Shown piece by piece: positions 37,766 to 46,992 of a DNA stretch of 64,000 nt. Numbering within the stretch: position 1 is the first letter of the stretch; each line of letters opens with the position of its first letter. The stretch spans positions 3,885 through 67,884 of the forward strand of contig JBHLOF010000006.1 of the NCBI GenBank assembly GCA_048940805.1, written 5' to 3'. This stretch comes from Promethearchaeota archaeon (GTDB taxonomy: Archaea > Asgardarchaeota > Lokiarchaeia > Sigyniarchaeales > SOKP01). Below the pieces are notes generated by a model, which was not told the DNA's origin, ran no database searches, and worked only from the letters and a program-made list of their open reading frames with translations. The position numbers and the translations under genes were made by a program.

Positions 37766-38428
37766 TTGAACTACTTAGAAAGAAATTACCATCTTATTAA
37801 AGAGCGAATGGTACAACAGATGGAAAATTCTATAGTACTTGGGAGAAGACTAATAGACACGGAATTAGATACAGGAGTTTTGAACTTTTTAATTAAACCT
37901 CTTGTTAAATTATTCTATGATAATTGGGCTCAAAATGATGTAAGAGGAAATACTTTAAAACAGATTAATTTAACTTTGGATGCTGGGCTAGAGTTACTGA
38001 AAAATGGTGCCACTGAAGAAAATTTTGAAAAAGTTGCTGCAAAGAACATGCAAAAGTATCTTGAAGCTGATCAAACGACATTACAGTGTAGTAAACATCA
38101 TAGGAATTATAAAAAAATAACCAATGTCGCAAAAGAAACTTTTAAAAATTATCTTACAGAAGTAGTGAAGCTTCTAGCAGTAAAGGAAGATGTAGATAAT
38201 TATGGTGATTTATGTCGCGTTGCATTCAAAACAAAAGAAATAGCTGAGCAAAATTTAATCAAACAATTAAATTTTACAGAAAGAGGAATTAAAATCGTGG
38301 AACAAGATTTATCTATCCTAAAAATTCCAGTAGGAAGAAGAATAATTGTAAAAACTCTAAGAAAAGGATTTTTAAAAACAAAGGAAGAGTTTATTGAATC
38401 TCTAAATGAAACATATATTCAGTTATAA
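37766..38428 (+). CDS. Hypothetical helical protein, tandem paralog A
   Basis: 220 aa with a TTG start. Colinear, gap-free similarity to the next ORF (ERNY..I.ER/KRM..QM, ELD.GVLN.L..P.VK.FY, DQT..QC.K.HRNY, SILK.P.G...I...LRKGF). Confidence 0.6.
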   Translation: MNYLERNYHLIKERMVQQMENSIVLGRRLIDTELDTGVLNFLIKPLVKLFYDNWAQNDVRGNTLKQINLTLDAGLELLKNGATEENFEKVAAKNMQKYLEADQTTLQCSKHHRNYKKITNVAKETFKNYLTEVVKLLAVKEDVDNYGDLCRVAFKTKEIAEQNLIKQLNFTERGIKIVEQDLSILKIPVGRRIIVKTLRKGFLKTKEEFIESLNETYIQL

Positions 38429-38470
38429 TTAAGAATTAAAGTTATAAAATAAATAATTGGTAATATCGAT

Positions 38471-39130
38471 ATGGTAAACATTGAAAGGAACTATAGAATC
38501 TTGGAAAAGAGAATGATTGAACAAATGGATACATCTCTTAACTTTGGAAAATCATTAATTGAATCAGAGTTAGACGCCGGAGTATTAAATGTTCTAGTGA
38601 GACCAATTGTTAAATCATTCTATAAATACTGGTCTGATAAAGATGCTCGTGTGGGCACCCTCGAACAAATAAAGGTAACCCTTGATTCTGCGAAAAAATT
38701 AATTTTGAATAGTGATATATCGGAAGAACAATTTTATAGAATAATCAATAGAAACTTTCCTACTTATTTAGAGAACGATCAAACCGACCGTCAGTGTAAA
38801 AAAGATCACCGTAATTATCAAGCCTTAAAGGAGGTTACCAAGAAATGCTTTATAACCCAAGTGGAGGAAAGTATATTACTATTGAAGGTTAAAGATGAAA
38901 TAACAGATTATGCAGAATTATCAAGAGCGGCATTTGGGACAAAAGAAAAAGCATATCAAGCTTTGAAACGTCAACTAGATTATAATGAAGAGGGAATATC
39001 TATTGTAGAGAAGGATGATTCGATATTGAAAGTGCCAATGGGCAAAAATGTTATTTTAACGGTTCTCAGAAAAGGTTTCGAATTAACCAAAGAACAGTTA
39101 ATTAAAGAACTTGACATTATTTTTAATTAA
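38471..39130 (+). CDS. Hypothetical helical protein, tandem paralog B
   Basis: 219 aa. A paralog of 37766-38428 (see that entry). Confidence 0.6.
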   Translation: MVNIERNYRILEKRMIEQMDTSLNFGKSLIESELDAGVLNVLVRPIVKSFYKYWSDKDARVGTLEQIKVTLDSAKKLILNSDISEEQFYRIINRNFPTYLENDQTDRQCKKDHRNYQALKEVTKKCFITQVEESILLLKVKDEITDYAELSRAAFGTKEKAYQALKRQLDYNEEGISIVEKDDSILKVPMGKNVILTVLRKGFELTKEQLIKELDIIFN

Positions 39131-39175
39131 CAAAAATTAAGATTATTACCTGAAAAGAGAGAGAAATATAGTACT

Positions 39176-40237
39176 TTGAATACAATTGTTAAAGAAGTAG
39201 AGAAAACAGGATATCTTCGTCTGATTTTTCTAAATCTATTAATCAGCTTATTTATTATTATTTCTTATATCTACACATCAGAATTTTTTGGTTCAATTTC
39301 CACGATATTTATTAGCTCTCAAGAATTCATCCTAAGTTTCGGATTCACTTTATTACTGTTTACATTTCTTTCAGTGTTAGCGGGTTCAATCCATGGTCTA
39401 TTTGACGGATTTATTGCTGAAATTCTCTATCAACTAGCTTTTTATCATCAAATACATATTGAGTGGTGTTTGATTATAGCGGTTTTAGGATTCGCTGTTG
39501 GATTTTATAAATACAGACCAAAAAAATACCATGAAAGGATTAAAATCTTTTATTCATTTTTAGCTCTAGTCATAAGTGTGTCCGTAGTATCGGGAGTTAT
39601 TATCCTATCTCATCTTCTGCTTTTACCTAACCAAATCCCTTTAGAAATTTTGATTATAAATTACGCATTCAAATTTTTTACTCAAGCTCTTATATCAATC
39701 ATTTTCATCGTTCCAATATTGTTGGTTCTTTATGATAGAGTTTTTGCAGCGAGTGAAAAACAACTCTATTATATTTTTTTGACTCATCACCCCATTTCTG
39801 CATCTGATCATACTTTTTATCTTAAATTTGGAAGCACAAAAGTCTTTTTTTGCTCGAGGTGTTCGGGAGTTGTTTTAGGAGGATTAACCTCGATGTTTCT
39901 CACTTATTTACTCGAAAGGATATTCCGTACAGAATTAAGTGGTGAGATTGCTCTAATTCTGATTTTGATTTTACCTATACCCGCCATGACCGATTGGGGA
40001 ACTCAAAGACTTTTACTAAGAAAGAGCACTACCGCGTCCAGGCTATTCACAGGCTTTATACTTGGTAGCGCTCTTCATATTATGTCGTTTACTTATAGGT
40101 ATTATATGATTACCCTATTAGCTCTTGTAATTTACTTCAGTATTTTTTTTGTATTAGTGTATTTTGGGCAGAAGAAAGAAATGAAATTATTGAGAGAAGA
40201 AGATTATCCTTATCTCTCTAAACAGGAAGAAGAGTGA
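39176..40237 (+). CDS. Polytopic membrane protein with C-terminal DUF2085-like half
   Basis: 353 aa with a TTG start and at least 8 hydrophobic helices. FFCSRCSGVVLGG resembles the C-x-R-C-x-G signature I associate with DUF2085. Confidence 0.5.
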   Translation: MNTIVKEVEKTGYLRLIFLNLLISLFIIISYIYTSEFFGSISTIFISSQEFILSFGFTLLLFTFLSVLAGSIHGLFDGFIAEILYQLAFYHQIHIEWCLIIAVLGFAVGFYKYRPKKYHERIKIFYSFLALVISVSVVSGVIILSHLLLLPNQIPLEILIINYAFKFFTQALISIIFIVPILLVLYDRVFAASEKQLYYIFLTHHPISASDHTFYLKFGSTKVFFCSRCSGVVLGGLTSMFLTYLLERIFRTELSGEIALILILILPIPAMTDWGTQRLLLRKSTTASRLFTGFILGSALHIMSFTYRYYMITLLALVIYFSIFFVLVYFGQKKEMKLLREEDYPYLSKQEEE

Positions 40238-40253
40238 ATAAAAAGAGAATATT

Positions 40254-40760
40254 ATGCAGAATATTATTTATATCCATGGTCTTGAAAGTTCAGGTAAAGG
40301 ATTCAAAGGAAGATTGCTAAGAAACGTGATCCCAAAGATTATTTCTCCAGATTTTAAGGAATTTGATCCTGGTTTAAATATATATGACTTATTAGAGATT
40401 CGAATGAAAGAATTGAATAAGATATTATCGCAAAAAAAGCCTTGGATTTTAATCGGAAGCAGTTTTGGGGGACTGATGGCAAGCATATATACACTTAATA
40501 ACCCTAATATTGTAAGTAAATTGATATTATTAGCCCCCTTTATTGTATCTCGGAAGCTTAAAGTAAATATGTATAAACCTGTTGAGGTTCCTGTGATAGT
40601 TTATCATGGTAAATATGATAGAACAGTCCCCTATAAGCCAGCAAAAGAAAGAGCACAGCAATTATTTGCTAATTTAGAATATCATATCGTAGATGATGAT
40701 CATTTTCTCCACAATACTGTTTCTTCAATAGATTGGCAAAAAATTATCAAAATTACTTGA
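40254..40760 (+). CDS. Small alpha/beta-hydrolase (YqiA/UPF0227-like esterase)
   Basis: 168 aa. IIYIHGLESSG, nucleophile elbow GSSFGG, and a distal D..H (DDDHFL). Confidence 0.65.
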   Translation: MQNIIYIHGLESSGKGFKGRLLRNVIPKIISPDFKEFDPGLNIYDLLEIRMKELNKILSQKKPWILIGSSFGGLMASIYTLNNPNIVSKLILLAPFIVSRKLKVNMYKPVEVPVIVYHGKYDRTVPYKPAKERAQQLFANLEYHIVDDDHFLHNTVSSIDWQKIIKIT

Positions 40761-40892
40761 ACCGTCTTTTAACTATTTTATTGATGTTGGGGATAACAAA
40801 CAAGTTTTTCATAAATATTGGACCCCAAATTTTTTAAAATTAACCCTTAATCCTTGTAACTTAACAGTAAAAATATATAGAAATGATTAAAA

Positions 40893-41372
40893 ATGGAATG
40901 GAGAGATATTCTAGATAATTTATATTTATGGTACAATGAGTTTATTAATTGGTATGTAGCACAACCGATTTATGGGCAAATTCTATCAATTATAGGAATT
41001 ATTGCCTTACTAACTTTAATAATAACTCTAATATATTACATCATAAAGGGAATTGCTTACTTAATTTACTATATTTTGAAAGGTGTCTATTATCTACTTA
41101 AAGGTATTGGTCTCTTGTTCTATAAAATAAGTAAGGGATTTTATAAGCTAGTTTCAGGAGAGAAAAAGCCCAACATTCAAATTGAAAAGGAAGAACTTCC
41201 GAATAAGGTAACCTATAATAATAGGATTATGTTTTGCAGTGGATGTGGTAAAATAATGTCGGAAAGAATGATTAACCATTTACTCTCTCGAAATTTCGCA
41301 TATTGTGATAACTGCGGAAAAGGTCAAAGATTAATTCAATATCAAGAATCCTCGATTTTGTCTGGTCAGTAA
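40893..41372 (+). CDS. Membrane-anchored zinc-ribbon protein
   Basis: 159 aa. Hydrophobic N-terminus with reiterated Y-x-x-KG heptads (YYIIKGIAYLIYYILKGVYYLLKGIGLLFYKISKGFYKL). C-terminal ribbon is CSGCG...CDNCG. Confidence 0.5.
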   Translation: MEWRDILDNLYLWYNEFINWYVAQPIYGQILSIIGIIALLTLIITLIYYIIKGIAYLIYYILKGVYYLLKGIGLLFYKISKGFYKLVSGEKKPNIQIEKEELPNKVTYNNRIMFCSGCGKIMSERMINHLLSRNFAYCDNCGKGQRLIQYQESSILSGQ

Positions 41373-41458
41373 TTCGATTTTTTCCTATTTAAATAAAATA
41401 TAAAAAAACATTAAAGTGAGTAAATAAAAACTTAATTAATAAGGTGTAATTTCAAAAG

Positions 41459-43030
41459 ATGGCAAAGACTTTTATTTGTAGGGAGTGTGGGTATGAATTC
41501 CCAAATGAATTGTCAAATTTAATAAATAATCATATTCAAGTTTATTGTGAACGGTGTGGTTCTCCTTTTAATCTAGAAGGTGTGAAATTTAGACCAGCCC
41601 CAACACCTATTACCAGAAAAATTAGTGGTAAAATTGCATTATCTGAGAAAGAATCTTCGAGTTTTGATAAGATAATTCAATTCTTAAACAAAATTTCATT
41701 TTTACCATTGTTCTTTTTCACATTTATATCATTAGGTTTGATTGCTGAAATTGCTTTCGATTTAGGAAACTGGGATTTTATCCTTATTAATCGATTTTTA
41801 CCGGGATTAATAGGAATTCTCTTGTTAGTGTATGATAGAGCATATATTTCTCCTAAAATTAGAGATAAAAAATATGACGAGATTTTCCTTGATTCCTTTT
41901 GTTGGGGGATTTTAGGATGTATACTATATGGAACGGGAGTTTTAATTTTGTTAAAAGGTATTTCTATTTTTATTTATGTTATTGTTAACTCGAAAAATAA
42001 AAATCTTAAGATTTATGACTACGGCTTGTTAGCAAAAGATTCTATTAATTATTTTTCCAGTAAAGCAGGTTTTGTAATAGTTCTTATAGGAATATTTTCA
42101 GCGCTATCTGCTGGGATTTATCTCCCTGTAGGAGAAACAATTACCATCCCATTTCCCCTCTATCCTGAAATCCCAGTAATATTAATAATATATGTTGGTT
42201 TGCTAATCATCTCATCTGTAGCTCTATTGATTGACAGAAATTCAAGATCTTCAATAGGGATTAAGCAAACCTTCGATATTGGAGATGCAATTAAAACGAT
42301 AATCATTGGTATAATGGGAGTAGTTTTCTATGCTGCAGGGATATTTGTTTTGCTTAAAGGAATTTTATTATTTTTCCTTTTCATAGGAAAACCTGTTGAA
42401 AGACCTCAAATTGCACCAATAGAAGAAAAATCCGCTTATGCACCTCATCCATATAAAAAAATCGAAGCTCCATTAAAACCTGACTCTGAAGAGAAAGAAA
42501 AAGAATTCTTAGAGCCTACGACGCAACCAATACCAACTGAATTATCACCTAAAGAAAAAGAAGCGCCTGTTATAGAAATTAAAACTGAAGAAAAATTAGT
42601 AAAAATTGATGAACCAGAGGAATTACTAGAAATTAGGGAAAAGAAAGGAAAGGATATCGAATTAAAATTACACGAATCACTATTACCTGTAAAGGATGAA
42701 AAAGATAAGAAATTAGTAAAAGAGTATTTTACTAAAATATTTGCAGTCTTATCAAGAGATTTGAGAGAGCAGATAATCAACCTTGATCTTTCTAAGAAAG
42801 AAAAGAGAGAATTATTGGAAGAGCTTGCATTCTTAACAAAGGAAGAGCAGATCAAGTACATTGAAGCCATTGTCGATCTATACAAAGAAATACCGAAAAA
42901 GTTAATTGAAAGAATCCGTAAGCTGCCAAGTGTCGATCCAAAGCATATGGATAAAATTGTAGAGCAATTAAAAGTAATGGATATGGATGAACAGTTAAAA
43001 TTTGTCCAATTTTTAGAGGAAAACGCCTAA
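41459..43030 (+). CDS. Zinc-ribbon / multi-TM / charged coiled-coil protein
   Basis: 523 aa. N-terminal ribbon CRECG...CERCG, about 6-7 TM helices, and a Lys/Glu-rich C-terminal ~190 aa. Confidence 0.5.
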   Translation: MAKTFICRECGYEFPNELSNLINNHIQVYCERCGSPFNLEGVKFRPAPTPITRKISGKIALSEKESSSFDKIIQFLNKISFLPLFFFTFISLGLIAEIAFDLGNWDFILINRFLPGLIGILLLVYDRAYISPKIRDKKYDEIFLDSFCWGILGCILYGTGVLILLKGISIFIYVIVNSKNKNLKIYDYGLLAKDSINYFSSKAGFVIVLIGIFSALSAGIYLPVGETITIPFPLYPEIPVILIIYVGLLIISSVALLIDRNSRSSIGIKQTFDIGDAIKTIIIGIMGVVFYAAGIFVLLKGILLFFLFIGKPVERPQIAPIEEKSAYAPHPYKKIEAPLKPDSEEKEKEFLEPTTQPIPTELSPKEKEAPVIEIKTEEKLVKIDEPEELLEIREKKGKDIELKLHESLLPVKDEKDKKLVKEYFTKIFAVLSRDLREQIINLDLSKKEKRELLEELAFLTKEEQIKYIEAIVDLYKEIPKKLIERIRKLPSVDPKHMDKIVEQLKVMDMDEQLKFVQFLEENA

Positions 43031-43031
43031 A

Positions 43032-43925
43032 ATGTCGCTAGAAAGAAGGAGAGAAGTAAAAAAACAAGATAATGAGGATAAGTTAGAGGAGAGTTCGTTT
43101 AGGCGTTTAGATTTTCATCCCTTGGGAGAAGTAAAGGAACTCAAAGGGAAGAAAATAAAGGAGAAGCAAATAGTTGAAGAATTAACAGAAATAGAAAAAG
43201 ATGTGCTAGAAATCGCGCAAGATATTTTAAAATTAAAGAGGTATGACGCCGAATTCGAAATTGAATCTGAGGGTCAAATCCAAAAATATCCAATAATCGA
43301 AAAGTTATATGCTAAATGTATTGCAAAGCTATCTTATAAAAAAGGATATAGTAAAGAAGAAATTTTTCTAGCGATCCGTGCATTAGAAGAAAAGACATGG
43401 ATTGTTACAAATGAAAGACGAACAAAATTAGAAATTCTTACTAATGAAAAACTTGTTAAAATTATGAATTTCATAAGAGATAATCCGGGGATCCATGCTC
43501 GAGATGAACGGATTGAAAAGGAGTTAAATATTACAAGAACTCCTTTTTTAAAACATGTTATGACTCTAGAGCGATTTAATCTTATACGGTCAAAAAAAAT
43601 TGGAAAAACTCTTCATTATTTTTTACATGATGTTCCAGATGAATATGATAGGTATAAAATCGTGTTTTTAAACTCAATGATCCTTAATATTTTGGAAGAA
43701 ATTTTAAAAGATGAGACAATTTCAGTGTCCAAGATTGGGGAAGCTATTGATATTTATCCAGGAACCATTCTTTACCATCTAAATAAGTTAAAAGAACTTA
43801 ATTTAGTAAGATCAACAAAAAACAAAGCGGGAAAAAAGATATTACTAGTAAACATCGAATTATTAAAGGTTTATAATGAATTCTTTAAAGAACCCGATTT
43901 TAGAACTCTTTTACAAGGATTATAG
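43032..43925 (+). CDS. Multi-winged-helix (ArsR/MarR-like wHTH) protein
   Basis: 297 aa. At least two wHTH units (IMNFIRDNPGIHARDERIEKELNITRTPFLKHVMTLERFNLIRS; ISVSKIGEAIDIYPGTILYHLNKLKELNLVRS). Its start is 1 nt after the stop of the upstream gene. Confidence 0.55.
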   Translation: MSLERRREVKKQDNEDKLEESSFRRLDFHPLGEVKELKGKKIKEKQIVEELTEIEKDVLEIAQDILKLKRYDAEFEIESEGQIQKYPIIEKLYAKCIAKLSYKKGYSKEEIFLAIRALEEKTWIVTNERRTKLEILTNEKLVKIMNFIRDNPGIHARDERIEKELNITRTPFLKHVMTLERFNLIRSKKIGKTLHYFLHDVPDEYDRYKIVFLNSMILNILEEILKDETISVSKIGEAIDIYPGTILYHLNKLKELNLVRSTKNKAGKKILLVNIELLKVYNEFFKEPDFRTLLQGL

Positions 43926-43949
43926 GAATGATTAGGAAATTTTTTATTA

Positions 43950-44846
43950 TTATAAAATGTTATACTTAATTTTTGGTAAAGTTTTCATTAATATTTTTAT
44001 ACTATTATCAATTCCGCTTTCCATATCAGGATGGATCTCTTTAGAAGTAAGTAAATCAAATTTCGAATCACCGGGTAGATCAGTTACAGATAGTAGTGAT
44101 GCTGTTTTTAAATTATATAATTTACCTAATAAGAATAAAATAGAAGATTCCATGTCAATAGCTTGAATACTGCTTGATCGTAAAGCTCTAATAAAATCGA
44201 GAGATTCACAAAATAATCCGTCTGTAGTCCATAATCTTACTCGCTTCACTCTATCAGAAAAATGTGATTTTCCTTCTTCTACTAATAAATCAGTCAATTC
44301 CTTATTAGGATGTGAAATAAATACTGTTTGATTACCTGTTAAGAGGTTCTGAAATTTAGAAATTGGATTTGAGACATACTCTAAACTGTTCACCAAGGAG
44401 GGATGCTCTCTTATGTATTGGGGGCTCGTACCATCATCACAATAAGCGGATTGCGGAATTAAAATATTTCCAATATCAATTTTTGAGTTTCCATCTTCTA
44501 TTCCGCCACAAACATCTAAACGGATTACTATTTTTGTCTTACATCGTCTCAGACATTCTACTGCGATTGCACAGTTAGGAGCTCCTATTAATGAGCGGAT
44601 TACACTAACCTTAACACCATTCAATTCTCCATTATAGACTCTCCCATATCTATTTTTGTTTTGTAATTTTGAGAGCACTTTCTGCATTACAAGTTTTATG
44701 GCAGGAAGTATAACAATTTCGTTGATATTTGAAGGACCCGTTTCTAATGTCATTCTAACTATTTTCTCATCAACTGAAATAAACTTCAGACCAAAATTCA
44801 ATAATTCACTCTTGATTTTATTTAACATCTTAGACCGTAATAACAA
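43950..44846 (-). CDS. Nucleoside phosphorylase family (PNP_UDP_1) protein
   Basis: 298 aa. GAPNCAIAVECL, RLDVCGG, AIDMESS and SVTDLPG segments typical of purine/uridine phosphorylase-type folds. Substrate cannot be assigned. Confidence 0.65.
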   Translation of the reverse strand: MLLRSKMLNKIKSELLNFGLKFISVDEKIVRMTLETGPSNINEIVILPAIKLVMQKVLSKLQNKNRYGRVYNGELNGVKVSVIRSLIGAPNCAIAVECLRRCKTKIVIRLDVCGGIEDGNSKIDIGNILIPQSAYCDDGTSPQYIREHPSLVNSLEYVSNPISKFQNLLTGNQTVFISHPNKELTDLLVEEGKSHFSDRVKRVRLWTTDGLFCESLDFIRALRSSSIQAIDMESSILFLLGKLYNLKTASLLSVTDLPGDSKFDLLTSKEIHPDMESGIDNSIKILMKTLPKIKYNIL

Positions 44847-45014
44847 TTATTCTACTTAATCTATTATTAAATTTTAATTATAAATTAAAAGTTCAGTACT
44901 AATTACCGCAGAACTTATATTTTTTAAGAATATAATTTAATATCTTAATTAAATACAATTATTTATTAATTTAAATTAAATTATTGAGAAACACGAGTTC
45001 GATAAGGTATTTTA

Positions 45015-46301
45015 ATGAGAAAAGGTTTCATTCTTGACAATCGAATCACCTCTAAATTTGTCGAGACGTATACAAAAACGACTTACAGAATTATAGGGGA
45101 GAACAGGCACAGTTCCATCAAACCATGTCATTGGCTAGAACAACGGTTAATGACAGGAAGAGATAATCGAAATTGTTATAAGGGAGTCTTTGGAATAAAA
45201 AGCCACAAATGTTTACAAAATACTCCTTCACTACCTTTTTGTAATCATCAATGTGTCTTTTGCTGGAGAGATATTGAAGTAGGATCTCTTGGGAGTGAAT
45301 TTTCTGTGGAACCAGATGACCCTAAAGATATAGTTCAAGAAATGCTACAACATCATAAAGATATTATTACGAATCATTTACCATTAAGAAGATATCTTGA
45401 TAACTATGAAATAATGATAGATATCCTTTATTATATGCTATTAAATAGGGATGATTCACATAGTCTAAATTCATTAATGAATGGAATTCATGTTTCAAAA
45501 AATAAAATTGAAAGAGCTATAAATCTTCTTAAAAATCAGCATTTTGTTAATACGAAAAATAACATTCATTATGAACTAGATGACGATATTCGATGTTGTA
45601 TTAACTCTCGAGAAGAAATTGAAATCTTAATTAACCGGGCGCTAACCACCCCAGATGAAATAATGCAAACTCATAGTGAAGCTATGACACCTAATCATGC
45701 TGCTATTTCTCTTGATGGAGAACCATTTTTATACCCAAAATTATCTGATTTTGTTAAGCAATTCAAGAATCGGTCAATGTCAACCTTCATTGTTACAAAT
45801 GGAACACTACCAGAACGAATTAATGAACTCGAAACACTTCCAAGTCAATTATATATAACTTTACCCGCACCGAATGAACTTATCTACAAACAAGTTTGTC
45901 GCCCAATGATAAAGAATGGATGGCAGAAAATAAATAAAAGTTTAGATCTGGTAAACACTTTATCGTGTAGAACTGTTGTAAGACTCACAGCTATAAAAAA
46001 CCTTAATATTAACGAAGATTACTTAAAGGATTATTACCGATTAATTAAGAATACAAATCCTAATTTTTTTGAAATAAAAGGATTTACCCTTCAAGCTAAA
46101 GCTTTATTAATAAAGGAACGACTAAAAAGTAATGAAAATCCGCAATATTATTTCCCCGAATACAATTATCTAGAAGATTTTGCTCTAAAATTTCAAAAAG
46201 TCAGTGGCTTTCCTCTGATTTATAAAAATCACGCAAGTAGAGATTTTTTATTTGCTGTAAACTGGGATAAAGATAAAGACCCAAAGATAAATTCTCCATA
46301 A
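45015..46301 (+). CDS. taw1: tRNA 4-demethylwyosine synthase Taw1 (TYW1 homologue, radical SAM) with ~90-aa insertion
   Basis: 428 aa. HSSIKPCHW..., radical-SAM CNHQCVFCWR and HAAISLDGEP. An extra segment lies between the cluster motif and the SAM-binding strand. Confidence 0.8.
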   Translation: MRKGFILDNRITSKFVETYTKTTYRIIGENRHSSIKPCHWLEQRLMTGRDNRNCYKGVFGIKSHKCLQNTPSLPFCNHQCVFCWRDIEVGSLGSEFSVEPDDPKDIVQEMLQHHKDIITNHLPLRRYLDNYEIMIDILYYMLLNRDDSHSLNSLMNGIHVSKNKIERAINLLKNQHFVNTKNNIHYELDDDIRCCINSREEIEILINRALTTPDEIMQTHSEAMTPNHAAISLDGEPFLYPKLSDFVKQFKNRSMSTFIVTNGTLPERINELETLPSQLYITLPAPNELIYKQVCRPMIKNGWQKINKSLDLVNTLSCRTVVRLTAIKNLNINEDYLKDYYRLIKNTNPNFFEIKGFTLQAKALLIKERLKSNENPQYYFPEYNYLEDFALKFQKVSGFPLIYKNHASRDFLFAVNWDKDKDPKINSP

Positions 46302-46371
46302 AAGGTTTCTTAGCCATCACTATTTAGACTAAAGATCACAAAATTCATATTGATCCCATTATTTTCCCCTT

Positions 46372-46983
46372 GTGATGTTTATTGTTTGTTTAGATTTAGA
46401 AGGAGTGTTTACACCAGAGATATGGGAAACTGTCGCCAATCAGTATGGAATTGAAAGGTTGAGCTTAACAACAAGAGACATTCCGGATTACGATGTTCTT
46501 ATGAAACAACGATTGGAGATTCTTAAAGAAAATAAAATCAGTTTATATGATCTCCAAGCTATAATCAAGAAAATTGATCTCTTGCCGGATTCGTTTGAAT
46601 TCTTGGAATGGCTTCAAAATTGTGCTCAAGTTATAATCGTTACCGATAGTTTTGTTGAATTTATCAAACCACTTGCGCAAAAACTCAATTATCCAATGAT
46701 ATTCTGTCATAATCTTGAAATCGATAAAGATGGTTTTATCACTAATTATAATTTGCGATTAAAGAATATGAAAAAGAAAACGATAAGTGCATTTAAAGCC
46801 CTAAATTACAACGTTATTGCGGTTGGAGATTCCTATAATGATATTGAAATGTTAAAGGAAGCGGATTATGGAATTCTTTTTAGACCATCTAATAATGTAA
46901 GAGATGAATTCCCACAATTTAAAGTAATAACAAAATTCAGTGAATTGAAGAGCTTTATTTCTAATCATTTAGGAATTAAGTGA
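46372..46983 (+). CDS. thrH: ThrH-like HAD phosphatase (phosphoserine phosphatase/homoserine phosphotransferase family)
   Basis: 203 aa. CLDLEGVFTPEIW, TTRDIPDYDVLMKQRLEIL and GDSYNDIEML closely follow the Pseudomonas ThrH sequence as I recall it. The likely start is ATG at 46375. Confidence 0.75.
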   Translation: MMFIVCLDLEGVFTPEIWETVANQYGIERLSLTTRDIPDYDVLMKQRLEILKENKISLYDLQAIIKKIDLLPDSFEFLEWLQNCAQVIIVTDSFVEFIKPLAQKLNYPMIFCHNLEIDKDGFITNYNLRLKNMKKKTISAFKALNYNVIAVGDSYNDIEMLKEADYGILFRPSNNVRDEFPQFKVITKFSELKSFISNHLGIK

Positions 46984-46992
46984 AAAGTGTTT

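Noticed and set aside
43032-43925. The multi-winged-helix protein considered as an ESCRT-II (Vps22/Vps25-like) subunit.
   Set aside because: Tandem winged helices alone are not diagnostic. No ESCRT-III, Vps4 or ubiquitin-system genes are nearby, and the helices look ArsR-like. It is left as a generic wHTH protein.
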